DNA of 64,000 nucleotides from Escherichia coli (GTDB taxonomy: Bacteria; Pseudomonadota; Gammaproteobacteria; Enterobacterales; Enterobacteriaceae). Each line of letters starts with the position of its first letter. The first letter of the stretch is position 1. Positions 1 through 11,005 of the stretch are shown one piece after another. The notes under the pieces were generated by a model. That model saw only the letters and a list, made by a program, of their open reading frames with translations. It had not been told where the DNA came from and ran no database searches. The translations under genes were made by a program, and so were the position numbers. Where the stretch lies: the NCBI RefSeq assembly GCF_003019035.1, contig NZ_CP027448.1; one strand, given 5' to 3'.

Positions 1-225
1 CCTGTTACGGCCATCCTGCATGCGGCTTAAATCCGCCCCGTCTGGCAACCTGCCCTCCAGAAGGCGGGTAAAGACATCCTTATCGACACTGCCCTGCAGC
101 CCCAGTTGTTCAGCCCCCTGGCCGGCCCAGCGTTCTCCCATGCTGCCCAGCACATAGTAATTATCCTTGTCGGTATAATAGTTCCCGGCACTTCCGGCCG
201 ATCTGACCTGCGCAATACTCATCAT
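1..225 (-). CDS. traI: TraI relaxase/helicase, N-terminal 75 codons (partial, runs off window start)
   Basis: Reverse-complement of 1-225 translates MMSIAQVRSAGSAGNYYTDKDNYYVLGSMGERWAGQGAEQLGLQGSVDKDVFTRLLEGRLPDGADL, matching the remembered F TraI N-terminus; ATG at 225, in frame to position 1. Absent from ORF track because no stop in window. Confidence 0.85.
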   Translation of the reverse strand, partial: MMSIAQVRSAGSAGNYYTDKDNYYVLGSMGERWAGQGAEQLGLQGSVDKDVFTRLLEGRLPDGADLSRMQDGRNR

Positions 226-306
226 AAACGTATATCCCTTTGACATATCCCGGCATCAATCCCACAATGGATATACACAAGACATATCCACATAAGGAGG
301 CAAATA

Positions 307-534
307 ATGGAAACCACCGTATTTCTCAGCAACCGCAGCCAGGCGGTCAGACTGCCAAAAGCGGTTGCATTGCCGGAAAACGTAAAACGCGTTGAAGTGA
401 TTGCTGTCGGACGAACCCGAATCATTACGCCTGCCGGAGAGACATGGGACGAATGGTTCGACGGAAACAGTGTCAGCGCTGATTTTATGGATAACAGGGA
501 ACAGCCTGGTATGCAGGAAAGGGAGTCATTCTGA
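307..534 (+). CDS. vapB: VapB/VagC antitoxin (AbrB/SpoVT-type)
   Basis: 75-aa ORF METTVFLSNRSQAVRLPKAV... matches remembered VagC/VapB antitoxins; 1-nt overlap with downstream PIN gene. Confidence 0.85.
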   Translation: METTVFLSNRSQAVRLPKAVALPENVKRVEVIAVGRTRIITPAGETWDEWFDGNSVSADFMDNREQPGMQERESF

Positions 535-932
535 TGCTGAAGTTTATGCTCAATACCAACATCTGCATTTTTACGATAAAGAACAAACCCGCCAGTGTCA
601 GGGAACGTTTTAACCTGAACCAGGGGAGAATGTGCATCAGTTCGGTCACTCTGATGGAGCTGATATATGGTGCAGAAAAAAGCCAGATGCCTGAACGTAA
701 TCTCGCTGTGATCGAGGGATTTGTTTCCCGCATTGACGTTCTGGATTACGACGCTGCTGCTGCCACACACACCGGCCAGATAAGAGCAGAACTTGCCCGT
801 CAGGGACGCCCTGTCGGGCCATTTGATCAAATGATCGCAGGTCATGCCCGCAGTCGGGGACTGATTATTGTGACTAATAACACCCGGGAATTTGAACGTG
901 TGGGCGGCCTGAGAATTGAAGACTGGAGTTGA
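534..932 (+). CDS. vapC: VapC/VagD PIN-domain toxin
   Basis: 132-aa ORF coupled to vapB (stop/start overlap at 532-536); size and sequence consistent with PIN-domain VapC. Confidence 0.85.
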   Translation: MLKFMLNTNICIFTIKNKPASVRERFNLNQGRMCISSVTLMELIYGAEKSQMPERNLAVIEGFVSRIDVLDYDAAAATHTGQIRAELARQGRPVGPFDQMIAGHARSRGLIIVTNNTREFERVGGLRIEDWS

Positions 933-940
933 CCTGTTCA

Positions 941-3094
941 TCAGAAATCATCTCCCGGCTCAACATCCTCCCCGCGCTCCCGGTGCACATTAATGTTCAC
1001 CTCTTCACGACGCTGCATCTGCTGCTGGATGTCCGGATGATTTTCCTGTTGCCATGCCTCATAAGCGGCCATATCCACCACTTCACCGGATTCACTGATC
1101 CCGGGTGGCAGTTGCTGTTCCATCTCTTCTTCCGGTTTCATTTTCAGCTCCTGCTCGATCCCCCCTACCGGAACATTCACACCTGAATCTGACTTCTTAT
1201 CGTTGATGGCAGGAGACACCGGCTGTTGCGGCTGTTCAGCCTGAGTCACGTCTTCTCCGGAAACAACCTCCGGGACATCCGGTTCGAAGAGGCTGGCCAT
1301 CTGACGACCTTCTGCTTCCCTTGCGGCAAGTACGGCACTCAGACGGTTCTCCATTTCCGGGTTGATGTCACGCGGAATAAACTCCGGAGCGACCTTCGGT
1401 CGTGTCTGATATTTCAGAGAGAGTTTTACTGCCGGATACGGTCCGGGCAGGGTGACATAACAGGTCAGATCCGGCAGAGACTGAATGTCGGAATAACTGA
1501 CCAGCGTCTGGCGCTCCATATCCTTACCGGTCGATACCCCGTCACGTACCGGATCAGCACCGTAGGAATACTGCTCGCTGGCTTTCAGGTGCTCTTTCTC
1601 ACCAATTTCACCGGCAGCGAACTCTGCAATCTTATGGCTGGGAGAACGGAAAAAGGCACGGGTGTTCATGACGTCAAACAGCGAGGCAGCCGCTTTCTCA
1701 CCGTAGATATCTTCCAGCTGGGCATAGGACTGGATACCAAACACATAACAGCCACCGAACTTACGGGCTTCCGGCAGGATCTCCACCAGGTCCGGCAGTT
1801 TGTGTAACGTGGGTAACTCATCACAGAAAAACCACACACGACGGTTACGGTTTTCTCCCATTGCCAGCAGACCACGAATGGCAATGGACAGCCACATGGA
1901 GATCACCGGCTTCAGGGAGGCATGGGTGTCGGCATTCGACGAAATAAACAGCCAGCCGTTTTTCTGATCTTCCCGGACACCACGCATCCAGTCACGGATG
2001 GTAAAAGACTCACCGTTATGCTCAATCCCCTGCAGGTAACGGATGGCTTTCACGTAGTTGGTCAGCACAGCACGGATGGAAATCGCCGTTTTCTCAATTT
2101 TCTCTTCCACCAGGTTGGCCGCCGGTGAATTACGCAGGAAGGTACGCAGTTTTTCGATTTTGATGGAAAGCAGTGTGTCCACCAGTTTGCTGTAGCTGCG
2201 GTTGGGGTCATTACGCATCAGGTACGCCGCTTCCGCAAAAATGGTACGTCCTGACCCCTGCCAGAACGGGTCCTCTTTTGTGCCCATCGGGATCAGCGTG
2301 TTCGCGGTATTATCAAAATCCGGCTGTGTCAGGCACTCCTTCCACAAATCCCAGGCGGCACAGCGGGCATCCAGCGGATTCAGGATTTTATCGATGGAGG
2401 GATCATAGTAACTTTTAACAAATTCCCCTGAACGGTCATAAATCACCACCATATCTCCACGCTGACGGGCGTAGTTGGCCAGACGACGGATAACTTCCGA
2501 CTTACCGGCCCCGACCGTGCCGTGCAGACAGAAGTTCTGGATTTCGGAATCCCGGATAATCGGCAGGTCGCCAATCCGTATATCGGAGTCCTTGCCGTCT
2601 TTTTTCAGCATCCGGGCAACGTCTTTCGGATTGTCTGTCAGCTGACGACCACCTGTGACTTCATTTTCGCTCTGTTGTTTACCCTGACGCCCCAGAATCC
2701 AGGAGACAACAAAGAAGGTAATCAGGCAAATAACCAGTGCCACAACTGTGGCCAGAACGAATGCGGACCATAGCTGCTCTCCGCACCAGATCATATATTT
2801 ATCATGCAGTACCTGAGCAGCATTCATCCGGAAGGTTTTGCCGTAATACTGGATCTCATATACCGGCTGGGACTTGATTAAATCCCGCATGCCTTCCAGC
2901 GTGGTACACCACCAGTAAATACAGCCGTTCACAAACGTCTGCCAGCTTATTTTTACCCATAAAACCAGACCAACGAGTATCCAGAAAAAAATAAACAGGC
3001 AGTAAAGCATGATATTGGCGATCTGGCTGAACATGCGGATACGCATGGACGCAATCTGACCGCCCTGGGTCATATCCTTTGCGTTAAAACTCAT
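941..3094 (-). CDS. traD: Type IV coupling protein TraD
   Basis: 717-aa ORF with Walker A (GTVGAGKS), N-terminal TM segments and Q/P/E-rich C-terminal tail ending ...GDDF, as remembered for F TraD. Confidence 0.95.
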   Translation of the reverse strand: MSFNAKDMTQGGQIASMRIRMFSQIANIMLYCLFIFFWILVGLVLWVKISWQTFVNGCIYWWCTTLEGMRDLIKSQPVYEIQYYGKTFRMNAAQVLHDKYMIWCGEQLWSAFVLATVVALVICLITFFVVSWILGRQGKQQSENEVTGGRQLTDNPKDVARMLKKDGKDSDIRIGDLPIIRDSEIQNFCLHGTVGAGKSEVIRRLANYARQRGDMVVIYDRSGEFVKSYYDPSIDKILNPLDARCAAWDLWKECLTQPDFDNTANTLIPMGTKEDPFWQGSGRTIFAEAAYLMRNDPNRSYSKLVDTLLSIKIEKLRTFLRNSPAANLVEEKIEKTAISIRAVLTNYVKAIRYLQGIEHNGESFTIRDWMRGVREDQKNGWLFISSNADTHASLKPVISMWLSIAIRGLLAMGENRNRRVWFFCDELPTLHKLPDLVEILPEARKFGGCYVFGIQSYAQLEDIYGEKAAASLFDVMNTRAFFRSPSHKIAEFAAGEIGEKEHLKASEQYSYGADPVRDGVSTGKDMERQTLVSYSDIQSLPDLTCYVTLPGPYPAVKLSLKYQTRPKVAPEFIPRDINPEMENRLSAVLAAREAEGRQMASLFEPDVPEVVSGEDVTQAEQPQQPVSPAINDKKSDSGVNVPVGGIEQELKMKPEEEMEQQLPPGISESGEVVDMAAYEAWQQENHPDIQQQMQRREEVNINVHRERGEDVEPGDDF

Positions 3095-3345
3095 GATGAT
3101 ATTCCGAAGAAAAAAGTCAGTCGGACTGATTATTAATGATGAAAAGATTAATAACCGTTAAATTCCGGCTTCGCCGGCAACACTTCACGGTCGCACAAAG
3201 AATTTGCACAACCGCTCAGTGTTTTCATATTTATTTCGGAAACGCCGGGGAGAAATAAAATTTATTTTATTTCTTTCCGGGGTTGGACAACGAGCAAAGC
3301 GAGGCGTCAGTCAGGAGGCCGGTCAGACCAGCCTCCGGAAGATAA

Positions 3346-4077
3346 TCAGAGAATATTTGCGATTGATTTGGCCAGCTGGTCTTCGAGAACAGGCTTCGCC
3401 TCTTCAAATTTCAGGTTAACCTTGTTCGCACTGGAGACCACACGGGTCTGATATTTATGCTGGTTACCTGTTTCAGTACTGGTCTGAATTTTCGCACCTG
3501 AAGTGCCCTGACGCAGGGCGGCAACATTATCTGTTGTCACCGTTGTCTTAGTACGCTCTGCAATCTGCACATCCGTGATCATGGTATAGTTCACATCTTC
3601 CACCATCGCATCTGCAGCCATACCCACCAGACCAGCAGCAAGGCCCACACCGAGTGTGGCACCGGCAGAATTGGAATTATATCCGGTAATACCGGCACCT
3701 AACGCTGCACCAACAGCTGCGCCTTCATAACCACGGTTCAGCCATCCCTGAGACTCCCGCAGATCCATCTTATCGGCCTTCAGCACATTCGCCTGAATCC
3801 AGTAGTAGGCTTTATCCGGAGAAGTCACCACCTGATACCCTTTTGCTTTCACAGCATCAGCAATTTTGCCCTGCAGCCCACTCATGTCTTTATCAGACGT
3901 GTTTTTGATCTGCAGAAATACCGTGCGTTCGCTGGCGGGTTCAAGCCAGATGGTCTCACTCATCTGGGTCTTCACCTCAAGGTTACGCTTCTTGATTGCT
4001 GTGCTCATCGCACCACACCCTGAAAGGGCCAGAGTGGAACTGACCAGTGCAACCATCATCAATTTTTTTGTTTTCAT
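3346..4077 (-). CDS. traT: Surface exclusion lipoprotein TraT
   Basis: 243 aa, lipoprotein signal [21 protein letters not shown]; position between traS and traD as in F. Confidence 0.95.
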   Translation of the reverse strand: MKTKKLMMVALVSSTLALSGCGAMSTAIKKRNLEVKTQMSETIWLEPASERTVFLQIKNTSDKDMSGLQGKIADAVKAKGYQVVTSPDKAYYWIQANVLKADKMDLRESQGWLNRGYEGAAVGAALGAGITGYNSNSAGATLGVGLAAGLVGMAADAMVEDVNYTMITDVQIAERTKTTVTTDNVAALRQGTSGAKIQTSTETGNQHKYQTRVVSSANKVNLKFEEAKPVLEDQLAKSIANIL

Positions 4078-4090
4078 CCAAAATATCCTT

Positions 4091-4600
4091 TTAACTAACA
4101 GACTCTTTTTTGAACAGCCCTATTACTGAGGCTATAGCTGAGAGATTATAACGATTTATGTCTATAGCATAAATAAAGAAAAAGATTATAAACAAAGCAA
4201 TTAATAAAAACTCATATAAGAGTGTATGGGCAAATGAAACCATTGAAAAAGCAATCAAAAATGACAAGATATAAGTTTTGTTCTTATCATACATAAAAGA
4301 TATAACTTTCGACTCATCTCTGAATTTTTCAGGGATAGCAAGATACAACATCATTCCATTAGTAATGGCAACAAAAAGGATAAAACCCATTACGCCACTA
4401 AAACATATATCAAATCCGGCATCTCGGATATCAATTTTATCTGCCAGCAAACGAAGAAATGTTGGCCATAATAAAACCCATAAAAACACATACCCCCCTG
4501 GCTTTATGACCTGTAATAATGGCGGGATATTAACCCCGTCTACAGAGAGTACATCCTTTAGTTTCTGTGTCTCCATTTTTATATCATAGTGAGTGATCAT
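4091..4600 (-). CDS. traS: Entry exclusion inner-membrane protein TraS
   Basis: 169-aa hydrophobic protein located between traG and traT; assigned by position and character, sequence family is variable. Confidence 0.7.
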   Translation of the reverse strand: MITHYDIKMETQKLKDVLSVDGVNIPPLLQVIKPGGYVFLWVLLWPTFLRLLADKIDIRDAGFDICFSGVMGFILFVAITNGMMLYLAIPEKFRDESKVISFMYDKNKTYILSFLIAFSMVSFAHTLLYEFLLIALFIIFFFIYAIDINRYNLSAIASVIGLFKKESVS

Positions 4601-7422
4601 AATGGCCCCTTCAGTCGTTCCTTTTTACCATCAATCATTTTTTTCACAGCCTCTCCTGATGGCTCAGGTATTATCTTTTGACTTTCTCGCTCTTCATTAT
4701 ATTTATTATTCTGAGATAATGCTTCTGTTTTATGGTGATTCTGCAGTTCAGAATACTGTCCTCTTACAATATTTTCCTCGCCATGTATGCTGTTCTGAGT
4801 ATCACCTATATTCCCTTTATATTCTGTGACCATATTATCAACCTGATGTTTTACATCATTACGGATATTACTGTCCTGTGTTCTTTGATCAATAATGGCC
4901 TGATGCCCCTGATGGTCAGCAATAATATTCTGGCTGCCACCACCCGAAGGTACGCTCTCCATTCCTTTACCAATATCGCCACGGGATTCACGCCAGGCAT
5001 TATCAACACCAGGTTGTACCTGTTCTTGCACAAAAGACCATGCCATCGCCCGACGGCGTTCTGCAATCTCCGGTGAACTGGTGTTTGTCAGAATAGCTTC
5101 TGCATACTGCGGCGCGTGTTTCATCACATACTGTGCAAACTGTTGCGACAGGTCTTCACTCATCTGCCCACTCATGCTTTCAGTACGGGATGCCATTTCA
5201 GCATATTCATGGCTGCGGGTCATATTCGTCGTGTACTGGTCGTAACTCTGTTTCGCTGAGTTCAGGGCTGCAGACAACTGGTCCACGCGGGAATCGGCAT
5301 TATTGTCAGTATGGCTTCCGGATTCACTGACTTTGCGACTGGTAAAGTAATCGCTGGCCTCTTTAAAGTCCTTACTGGCTCTAGCGTCAATATCATGGCG
5401 AGCATCATGGGAAGCCCTGCTGCCACTACTGGCTTCATGTGAGTCCAGATCACTACCGTCAATACTGGCTCGCCCACCAACCTTAGCGCCAACATCAACA
5501 CGCACACCAAAAAGGCTGGGCTTTGCATCTAATCCGGCATGAGCATCACCATACAATCCAGCTGATGCAGTCGTACTTCTCGATGCCAGTTCTCTTGTCG
5601 CCTGCTCATTACTGATATTATGCGCCTTCGCATAGCTTTCCACTGCACTGCGCATACGGCTGGCCATCATGGAGTCCTGAGCACTCATCGTGCTGTCAGC
5701 ACCACCGGTGACAGAATCACTGCTCCCCCGGTTAGAACCAAACTGACTGAGCGTGTTCCAGGCACTGGCAATACTGCTGCTGAACCCATGCAGGGCACTT
5801 TCTGCTCTGTTCGATGCTTCCCGGGCCATTTCCTGTTGTGCCGCCGCAATCTGACGCGTTGCATTGATGCCGACCGGTAACCGGGACATCGCTCCGCTTG
5901 CATCCATCACCATATTACCATCACGGGTCTGTGTGGCGGTTGCGCCACTGCCGGTCTGGTACATCATCTGACCAAACGACGTGGTGCTGTTGGTGCTCCA
6001 GCTGAAGCCGTTCACGTTCTCCGTCTGCATGTTGCCGTAGGAGTAATTACCGTCAACCACACTGCCTGCTGCACTGGCGGTCGGGCTGATAGCAGAGGAA
6101 GCGAAATGGCTGTACACACTGGAAAATCCTGCCCCGAGCCCCCTGACCATCATCCAGGATAATGGCGGGATCATCATGGAAAGATACCCGGCAGTGGAAG
6201 CCAGATCGGAGTATTTCAGCTGTATCTGTGAAATTTCCGAGAGCACCACCGGTGCACCATTCTGCTTCGCATAAAATGTCATGGCGCTGTTCAGAATGGC
6301 GTACAACATTGGCCATGACTGCAACCACATCAGGGCAAACACATAGCCTTTCAGGACGGACAGCGTCAGTTTGTTGAAGACAGCCGCCAGTACCAGGAGC
6401 GGGAAAATACCGATGGCGATCCCCGTCAGGATGGTCTGCGTCATGGGCAGTGTCCGCATCGCCACATGACCGATGGAGACATGTGCCAGACGTTGCTTCT
6501 CCATCGATGATGTGGTGGCCAGATTCACCAGGCTGGCCGAATCACCATTACGTGCGGCATAACTGGTGATCCCCTCCTTCAGCGCATTGATGGTGACATT
6601 CTGGCGGATGATCTGGCTGGCTGATTTACTTGAGCCATAGAAGTAACTGTAACTGTCGCCAATCAGCGTACTGAACAACAGGTTCGGATCAGGGCGTCCA
6701 CCAAATAGCTGCTGGGCATAATAATGCCATGTTTTTCCGCCACTCTGTGTGTCCAGATTCAGCTTGTCTTTCAGCGAAACCGACGCGTCCTTACAGGTCA
6801 CGAAATTATTATTGCTGTCATAAACGCCCCGCAGCGGACTGGGGCGGGAAAAAATCAGCGTGTAAGGATCAGCGGAGGCCATCAGTTCCTCCAGCGTGTA
6901 TTTGTGGTTCAGGTAAATATCCCCCATCACGCAGTTCTGCACATAATCCTGGAAAAGATTGGCGATTTCCGGATTACGGGACAAAAAGTCGGTGCTTTTT
7001 GATACCAGTTCTGCGCCAAACAGCATCCCCGTTTTGCTGTAGGTGACACTGTCCGGTTGCGTGAAGATCATCTCGTAACTGGCCACCATTGCATGCCCGA
7101 TACGGGTCGTCAGTGAAAGTGGCATCGCCAGTCCGACCGGCACATTATCCACCCGGTGAATTTTGACCAGGTCACTGTTATCAATAATCTGCACCGATGT
7201 GCGGACATTAACCAGCAGGCTGATAAGCACAAACACGGCCACCCAGCCCAGCAAATCCATCACGTTGTGCCGCTGTACCCACATTACGGCCACCGCTAGA
7301 ACAGACAATGTGAGCGCAATTTTTTCAATGGAATCCCACGTCCGGGTCCCCATAAAGGCGGCAATGGCATTCAGGTTATTCCGCAACCACTCACCACCGG
7401 CAATCACATAAACTTCATTCAC
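4597..7422 (-). CDS. traG: Mating pair stabilisation / pilus assembly protein TraG
   Basis: 941-aa ORF with N-terminal polytopic membrane region; size and synteny match F TraG. Confidence 0.93.
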   Translation of the reverse strand: MNEVYVIAGGEWLRNNLNAIAAFMGTRTWDSIEKIALTLSVLAVAVMWVQRHNVMDLLGWVAVFVLISLLVNVRTSVQIIDNSDLVKIHRVDNVPVGLAMPLSLTTRIGHAMVASYEMIFTQPDSVTYSKTGMLFGAELVSKSTDFLSRNPEIANLFQDYVQNCVMGDIYLNHKYTLEELMASADPYTLIFSRPSPLRGVYDSNNNFVTCKDASVSLKDKLNLDTQSGGKTWHYYAQQLFGGRPDPNLLFSTLIGDSYSYFYGSSKSASQIIRQNVTINALKEGITSYAARNGDSASLVNLATTSSMEKQRLAHVSIGHVAMRTLPMTQTILTGIAIGIFPLLVLAAVFNKLTLSVLKGYVFALMWLQSWPMLYAILNSAMTFYAKQNGAPVVLSEISQIQLKYSDLASTAGYLSMMIPPLSWMMVRGLGAGFSSVYSHFASSAISPTASAAGSVVDGNYSYGNMQTENVNGFSWSTNSTTSFGQMMYQTGSGATATQTRDGNMVMDASGAMSRLPVGINATRQIAAAQQEMAREASNRAESALHGFSSSIASAWNTLSQFGSNRGSSDSVTGGADSTMSAQDSMMASRMRSAVESYAKAHNISNEQATRELASRSTTASAGLYGDAHAGLDAKPSLFGVRVDVGAKVGGRASIDGSDLDSHEASSGSRASHDARHDIDARASKDFKEASDYFTSRKVSESGSHTDNNADSRVDQLSAALNSAKQSYDQYTTNMTRSHEYAEMASRTESMSGQMSEDLSQQFAQYVMKHAPQYAEAILTNTSSPEIAERRRAMAWSFVQEQVQPGVDNAWRESRGDIGKGMESVPSGGGSQNIIADHQGHQAIIDQRTQDSNIRNDVKHQVDNMVTEYKGNIGDTQNSIHGEENIVRGQYSELQNHHKTEALSQNNKYNEERESQKIIPEPSGEAVKKMIDGKKERLKGPL

Positions 7423-8795
7423 AGTGTGCTCCCTCCGAAGTGATAGTTGTTCTGGTAACGACTGAGCATGCGGGCGGAAAGCTGCTGACGCATGTAGCTC
7501 ATCTGACGATCGACAACCAGCAGCGCATCCTGCTGTACCTGCACCTGTGACTGAAACGCCGCAATCTGCCGGGTGGCATCATTCATGTTGTCGTTAATAT
7601 GCTCGATAACCGCTTCGTCATAATTTCCCGTGGCCACCATCGCCCGGGCCTGCTGTATCAGCTCCTGAATGTACTGCAGCAGGATGTCGTAACCGATATA
7701 GTCCGTCAGCTGGTAAATCATGCTGTTGGAAACGCCGAGCATCTGCGGGTCAACCAGATATTTGAAGACGGGGATGGTGGTACTGGAAATAAAACCTTTT
7801 TCCTTGTCATCCAGAGGCGTGTCACTGACCGCTTTGTTCTGAATGCTGGCCAGAAGTTTAGTAATCTGAGACTTCAGTGCATTATCCCGGCTGATGGTCA
7901 CCGGTGTGTCAGCCACCACTTTCAGGCATTTATCAGAATCGTTGCAGTGATAAATTTTTGCTGTGCCGCCTTCCATCATGGCCCGGATAATTGAGCGGTC
8001 AGAGGTTCTGGCTGACAGCGGTGTGATTTCGCCGTTGGGACCAAACACCAGTGAGCCGGTCAGCGTCATCACAAATTCTTTCAGCTCTTTGTTGCCGTCA
8101 AACATTCTGTTTTTGGAAAGCGCATTCCACATGATGTTGATGTTTTTGGTCACCCGCTCCTTATCCTTGTCGCTGGCTTTATCCCTGACACTGTCAGATT
8201 TCCCGCCAACGGTACATCCCTGCCGGGAAGCCGCCCAGTCAGCAAAAATATTGCTCTCACCGGCAATGTCCTGACAGACTTTCTGCTGGGACACCTGCGT
8301 CCGGGGGAAAAGCCCGCCGATAATCCCCTGTGCAGCCTGGCAGGAACTGAGGTTCATACTGTTAATGTCGCTTGCCATTTTCTGCACGAAGTCTTTTGCG
8401 GTTTTTATTTCCGGCACCGTTGTCTGCAGGGCAAGGTCAAAAAAGTAACCGGCAGCATTGCTCATAATCTGCTTAACAAAACGCTGCAACTGCTCACCAT
8501 TAATAAAACTGAACGAGCCGAGATAGGCGTCGATGCCGCCACATCCAGCATTGATATCCGGCAGCGTCATGGAAATTAGCTGAACATTTTTGACCTGAGT
8601 ACGGGCATACAGGGAGCCACCGTAAGCATAGCCGGCGGCCTGCCCCTGCCAGACGCCCGGCTGTGTGGTATTGGAAGCAAATCCCAGCTTATTAAAGAAC
8701 TGATTCATGTCGCTGTTCACATCCGCTGACGCTGCAGGCGTCACCGTCAGTAAGGCGGCACAAAGAACCAGAAGAGGTTTAATGCGTGGCATCAT
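7419..8795 (-). CDS. traH: Pilus assembly protein TraH
   Basis: 458 aa with signal peptide; synteny upstream of traG; 4-nt overlap with traG. Confidence 0.93.
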   Translation of the reverse strand: MMPRIKPLLVLCAALLTVTPAASADVNSDMNQFFNKLGFASNTTQPGVWQGQAAGYAYGGSLYARTQVKNVQLISMTLPDINAGCGGIDAYLGSFSFINGEQLQRFVKQIMSNAAGYFFDLALQTTVPEIKTAKDFVQKMASDINSMNLSSCQAAQGIIGGLFPRTQVSQQKVCQDIAGESNIFADWAASRQGCTVGGKSDSVRDKASDKDKERVTKNINIMWNALSKNRMFDGNKELKEFVMTLTGSLVFGPNGEITPLSARTSDRSIIRAMMEGGTAKIYHCNDSDKCLKVVADTPVTISRDNALKSQITKLLASIQNKAVSDTPLDDKEKGFISSTTIPVFKYLVDPQMLGVSNSMIYQLTDYIGYDILLQYIQELIQQARAMVATGNYDEAVIEHINDNMNDATRQIAAFQSQVQVQQDALLVVDRQMSYMRQQLSARMLSRYQNNYHFGGSTL

Positions 8796-9172
8796 TCTTG
8801 CCCTCCCTTAATGTGTTCTCCCGGTGCATACGACATTTCAGCAGGAATATCTTGATATTTCCGTATATTAATTCGTACATTGGGGACAGAAAAAAATGTA
8901 ACAAGAAACCCGGCTGCAAGCGCATATAACGTATACGGAATGGCATATATCAGGATATTCCACATATAACTCGAATTATTTAATTCCGGGTCCGCTTTCC
9001 ACGAATCAATACAGGCATCAAAAATAATATCCATAACTGTCCATAAAACAATTCTGGCAGTCAGGAATACCAGAGACAACCCAGCATACCTGCCAGTAAT
9101 TCTGGAAATGTATTTATAATCTCGTTCTGTACTTCTGATTTTGAGTTCAGGATTACTTTTATTTTCTCTCAT
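8792..9172 (-). CDS. trbF: TrbF (small membrane protein); start trimmed to internal Met giving 126 aa
   Basis: ORF 8792-9205; position between trbJ and traH as in F; start inferred. Confidence 0.55.
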   Translation of the reverse strand: MRENKSNPELKIRSTERDYKYISRITGRYAGLSLVFLTARIVLWTVMDIIFDACIDSWKADPELNNSSYMWNILIYAIPYTLYALAAGFLVTFFSVPNVRINIRKYQDIPAEMSYAPGEHIKGGQE

Positions 9173-9440
9173 TATAAGCCCCCTCTGATATTTCCGATAA
9201 TTCATTCAGACCGGTCATGCGGCTGTAATATATTTCAGACACCGAAATCCATCCCACAATTGCCCCCACAAAAAACACAACAGAAACAGAAAAGGTAAGA
9301 CTCAGAGAAACGACAATTTCTACAGGGCTGGCGGGATAAAAAAGCCCCTGACGGATAAAGGGGATATTCAGGCTGACGATTATTCCCGTCACGATGCCGG
9401 ATATTCCGGCAATGAGTAACACCACCTGCTTATTTCGCAC
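9159..9440 (-). CDS. trbJ: TrbJ
   Basis: 93-aa membrane ORF in the F-type trbB-trbJ-trbF-traH slot. Confidence 0.55.
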   Translation of the reverse strand: MRNKQVVLLIAGISGIVTGIIVSLNIPFIRQGLFYPASPVEIVVSLSLTFSVSVVFFVGAIVGWISVSEIYYSRMTGLNELSEISEGAYNERK

Positions 9441-9975
9441 CTTTTTTTCCTCCGTACATCTGCAAAACGGTATTCACCCGCGCCATAAAACCGGCGGCAT
9501 CCGTTGCCCCCTGTAAAAGCGGTAATGCCTCAAGCGTGTTGACGTTGACCAGGAAGGTGGTCGGTGTGGCCACCGGGATATTCGGGAAGAAGGTCTGCAT
9601 CACCTCCGGTGGCACCGGTAATGCTTCAGGAAAGGCCGTATCCCCCTGACCATCCAGGGTGTAGGAAAAAACGGAAAAGCCGTACTGCTGTGCCAGCTGT
9701 TTCAGTACCGGGTCAAACTGGTGACAGTAAGGGCAATGCCCCTGCATAAACAGCACCACCTTCCAGTCGGCCAGGTTAACCTGCCTGCCATTACTGAGGC
9801 GGAACCAGCGGGGAGTCGGCTTTGCTGTCCTGGCTGACGTGCCTGCTGCCGGTTGTGCAGGCTGCGTAGCCATACCCTGCGGATTCCAGAGTCGCTCTAT
9901 TTCATCCCGGGTGGAGGCCTGCACAGCAGCGGCGCTCAGCAACAGGGTGAACAGCAGTGATTTAGTGAGAGACAT
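9430..9975 (-). CDS. trbB: TrbB periplasmic thioredoxin-like disulfide isomerase
   Basis: 181 aa, signal peptide, CPYC active-site motif (...MQGHCPYCHQF...). Confidence 0.85.
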   Translation of the reverse strand: MSLTKSLLFTLLLSAAAVQASTRDEIERLWNPQGMATQPAQPAAGTSARTAKPTPRWFRLSNGRQVNLADWKVVLFMQGHCPYCHQFDPVLKQLAQQYGFSVFSYTLDGQGDTAFPEALPVPPEVMQTFFPNIPVATPTTFLVNVNTLEALPLLQGATDAAGFMARVNTVLQMYGGKKGAK

Positions 9976-10246
9976 GTCCGCCCTCCTGCTGCCCTTCCAT
10001 CATGGCCTGTTGCCTGGCTTCCAGTGCCTCACGCTCTTCCCGGCTGACACGGGCAATCCATGCATCCAGCACCTGGTATGCGCCGAACAGTACGAGAATG
10101 GCCGCAATCAGCTCCGCCAGAAAAAAAGCCATCCAGGGTTTGCTGTAAACAAGACGGGCGACGATATGAAACCAGACACCCAGGGAAAATACCCACATTC
10201 CCGTAATATCAAGCCGGGGTAAAGAGAATCTGCGTTTACTTATCAT
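9962..10246 (-). CDS. traQ: TraQ pilin chaperone
   Basis: 94-aa membrane protein in the F-type position. Confidence 0.7.
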   Translation of the reverse strand: MISKRRFSLPRLDITGMWVFSLGVWFHIVARLVYSKPWMAFFLAELIAAILVLFGAYQVLDAWIARVSREEREALEARQQAMMEGQQEGGHVSH

Positions 10247-10326
10247 GTTAAACTCCGGTTATTATTTACATGAGAGTATTCATGTCTGTAATATTCGCGT
10301 TTGTGTGATATTAATCAGAGGTACAA

Positions 10327-10641
10327 ATGGAAAAGCGATCTTTTAAAGAAAAACTGGAAATAATCAGAAACATAATAAGAGAGTCGTTACTGGGAAATGC
10401 GGCAATTATTGCGCTGATATATGCAGCATCACATTCATTACCGGTCAATGCCTTCCCTGACTATCTTGTAATAACTTTATTAAGTATCGCAGCAGGCATC
10501 GTTGTATTATGGTTATTTTCAATTATCTATATTTATTTTTGTGAGCTATTCAGAAGCCACTGGATTGCGGTATGGTTTATCATATGGTCTTCAGTAATCA
10601 ACCTCATTATTTTGTATGGTTTTTATGACCGTTTTATATGA
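10327..10641 (+). CDS. artA: ArtA (anti-sense-orientation ORF within tra region)
   Basis: 104-aa hydrophobic ORF on the opposite strand between traQ and trbA, the F artA arrangement. Confidence 0.55.
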   Translation: MEKRSFKEKLEIIRNIIRESLLGNAAIIALIYAASHSLPVNAFPDYLVITLLSIAAGIVVLWLFSIIYIYFCELFRSHWIAVWFIIWSSVINLIILYGFYDRFI

Positions 10642-10642
10642 C

Positions 10643-10990
10643 TTAGCCTGTCATAAGCCCCCTTATAAAAAACCACATCACTCCGGACCATACCGATGAC
10701 AACACAATACAGATAAATATTCTTCTGAACCTGTCGAAGTTCGTAACGTCCGGTAATGCGGCCGCAACTATTGAAACAACCAGTGCTGCGCCCTGACTCA
10801 TAATTGCACCACACAGAGACCAGAGACTGGCGGTAAGCACATATAAACACGCGATATTAATAACAAGGAAAACCAGTGAGCTCAAGAGAAACATTTTCCT
10901 GTCATTACGCTCAGAAAAGAAATAACCGGCAATAATGACAAATATTAACAGAACAACACCTGTAAACATTTTCAAATAATCTTCACTCAT
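10643..10990 (-). CDS. trbA: TrbA
   Basis: 115-aa membrane ORF between traF and artA/traQ as in F. Confidence 0.6.
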   Translation of the reverse strand: MSEDYLKMFTGVVLLIFVIIAGYFFSERNDRKMFLLSSLVFLVINIACLYVLTASLWSLCGAIMSQGAALVVSIVAAALPDVTNFDRFRRIFICIVLSSVWSGVMWFFIRGLMTG

Positions 10991-11005
10991 AAATCAAATC
11001 CGCGA

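Noticed and set aside
222-941. 239-aa minus-strand ORF exactly filling the traD-traI gap
   Set aside because: It is antisense to the well-conserved vapB-vapC pair, low-complexity, and has no recognisable family; treated as a shadow ORF.
1226-1807. Plus-strand ORFs antisense within tra genes (for example 1226-1807, 14439-15179, 16677-17114, 21263-21943)
   Set aside because: Embedded antisense in long conserved tra genes with no independent support.
3249-3337. Possible terminator hairpins downstream of traT
   Set aside because: The stems are short, AT-rich or imperfect; not confident enough to annotate.
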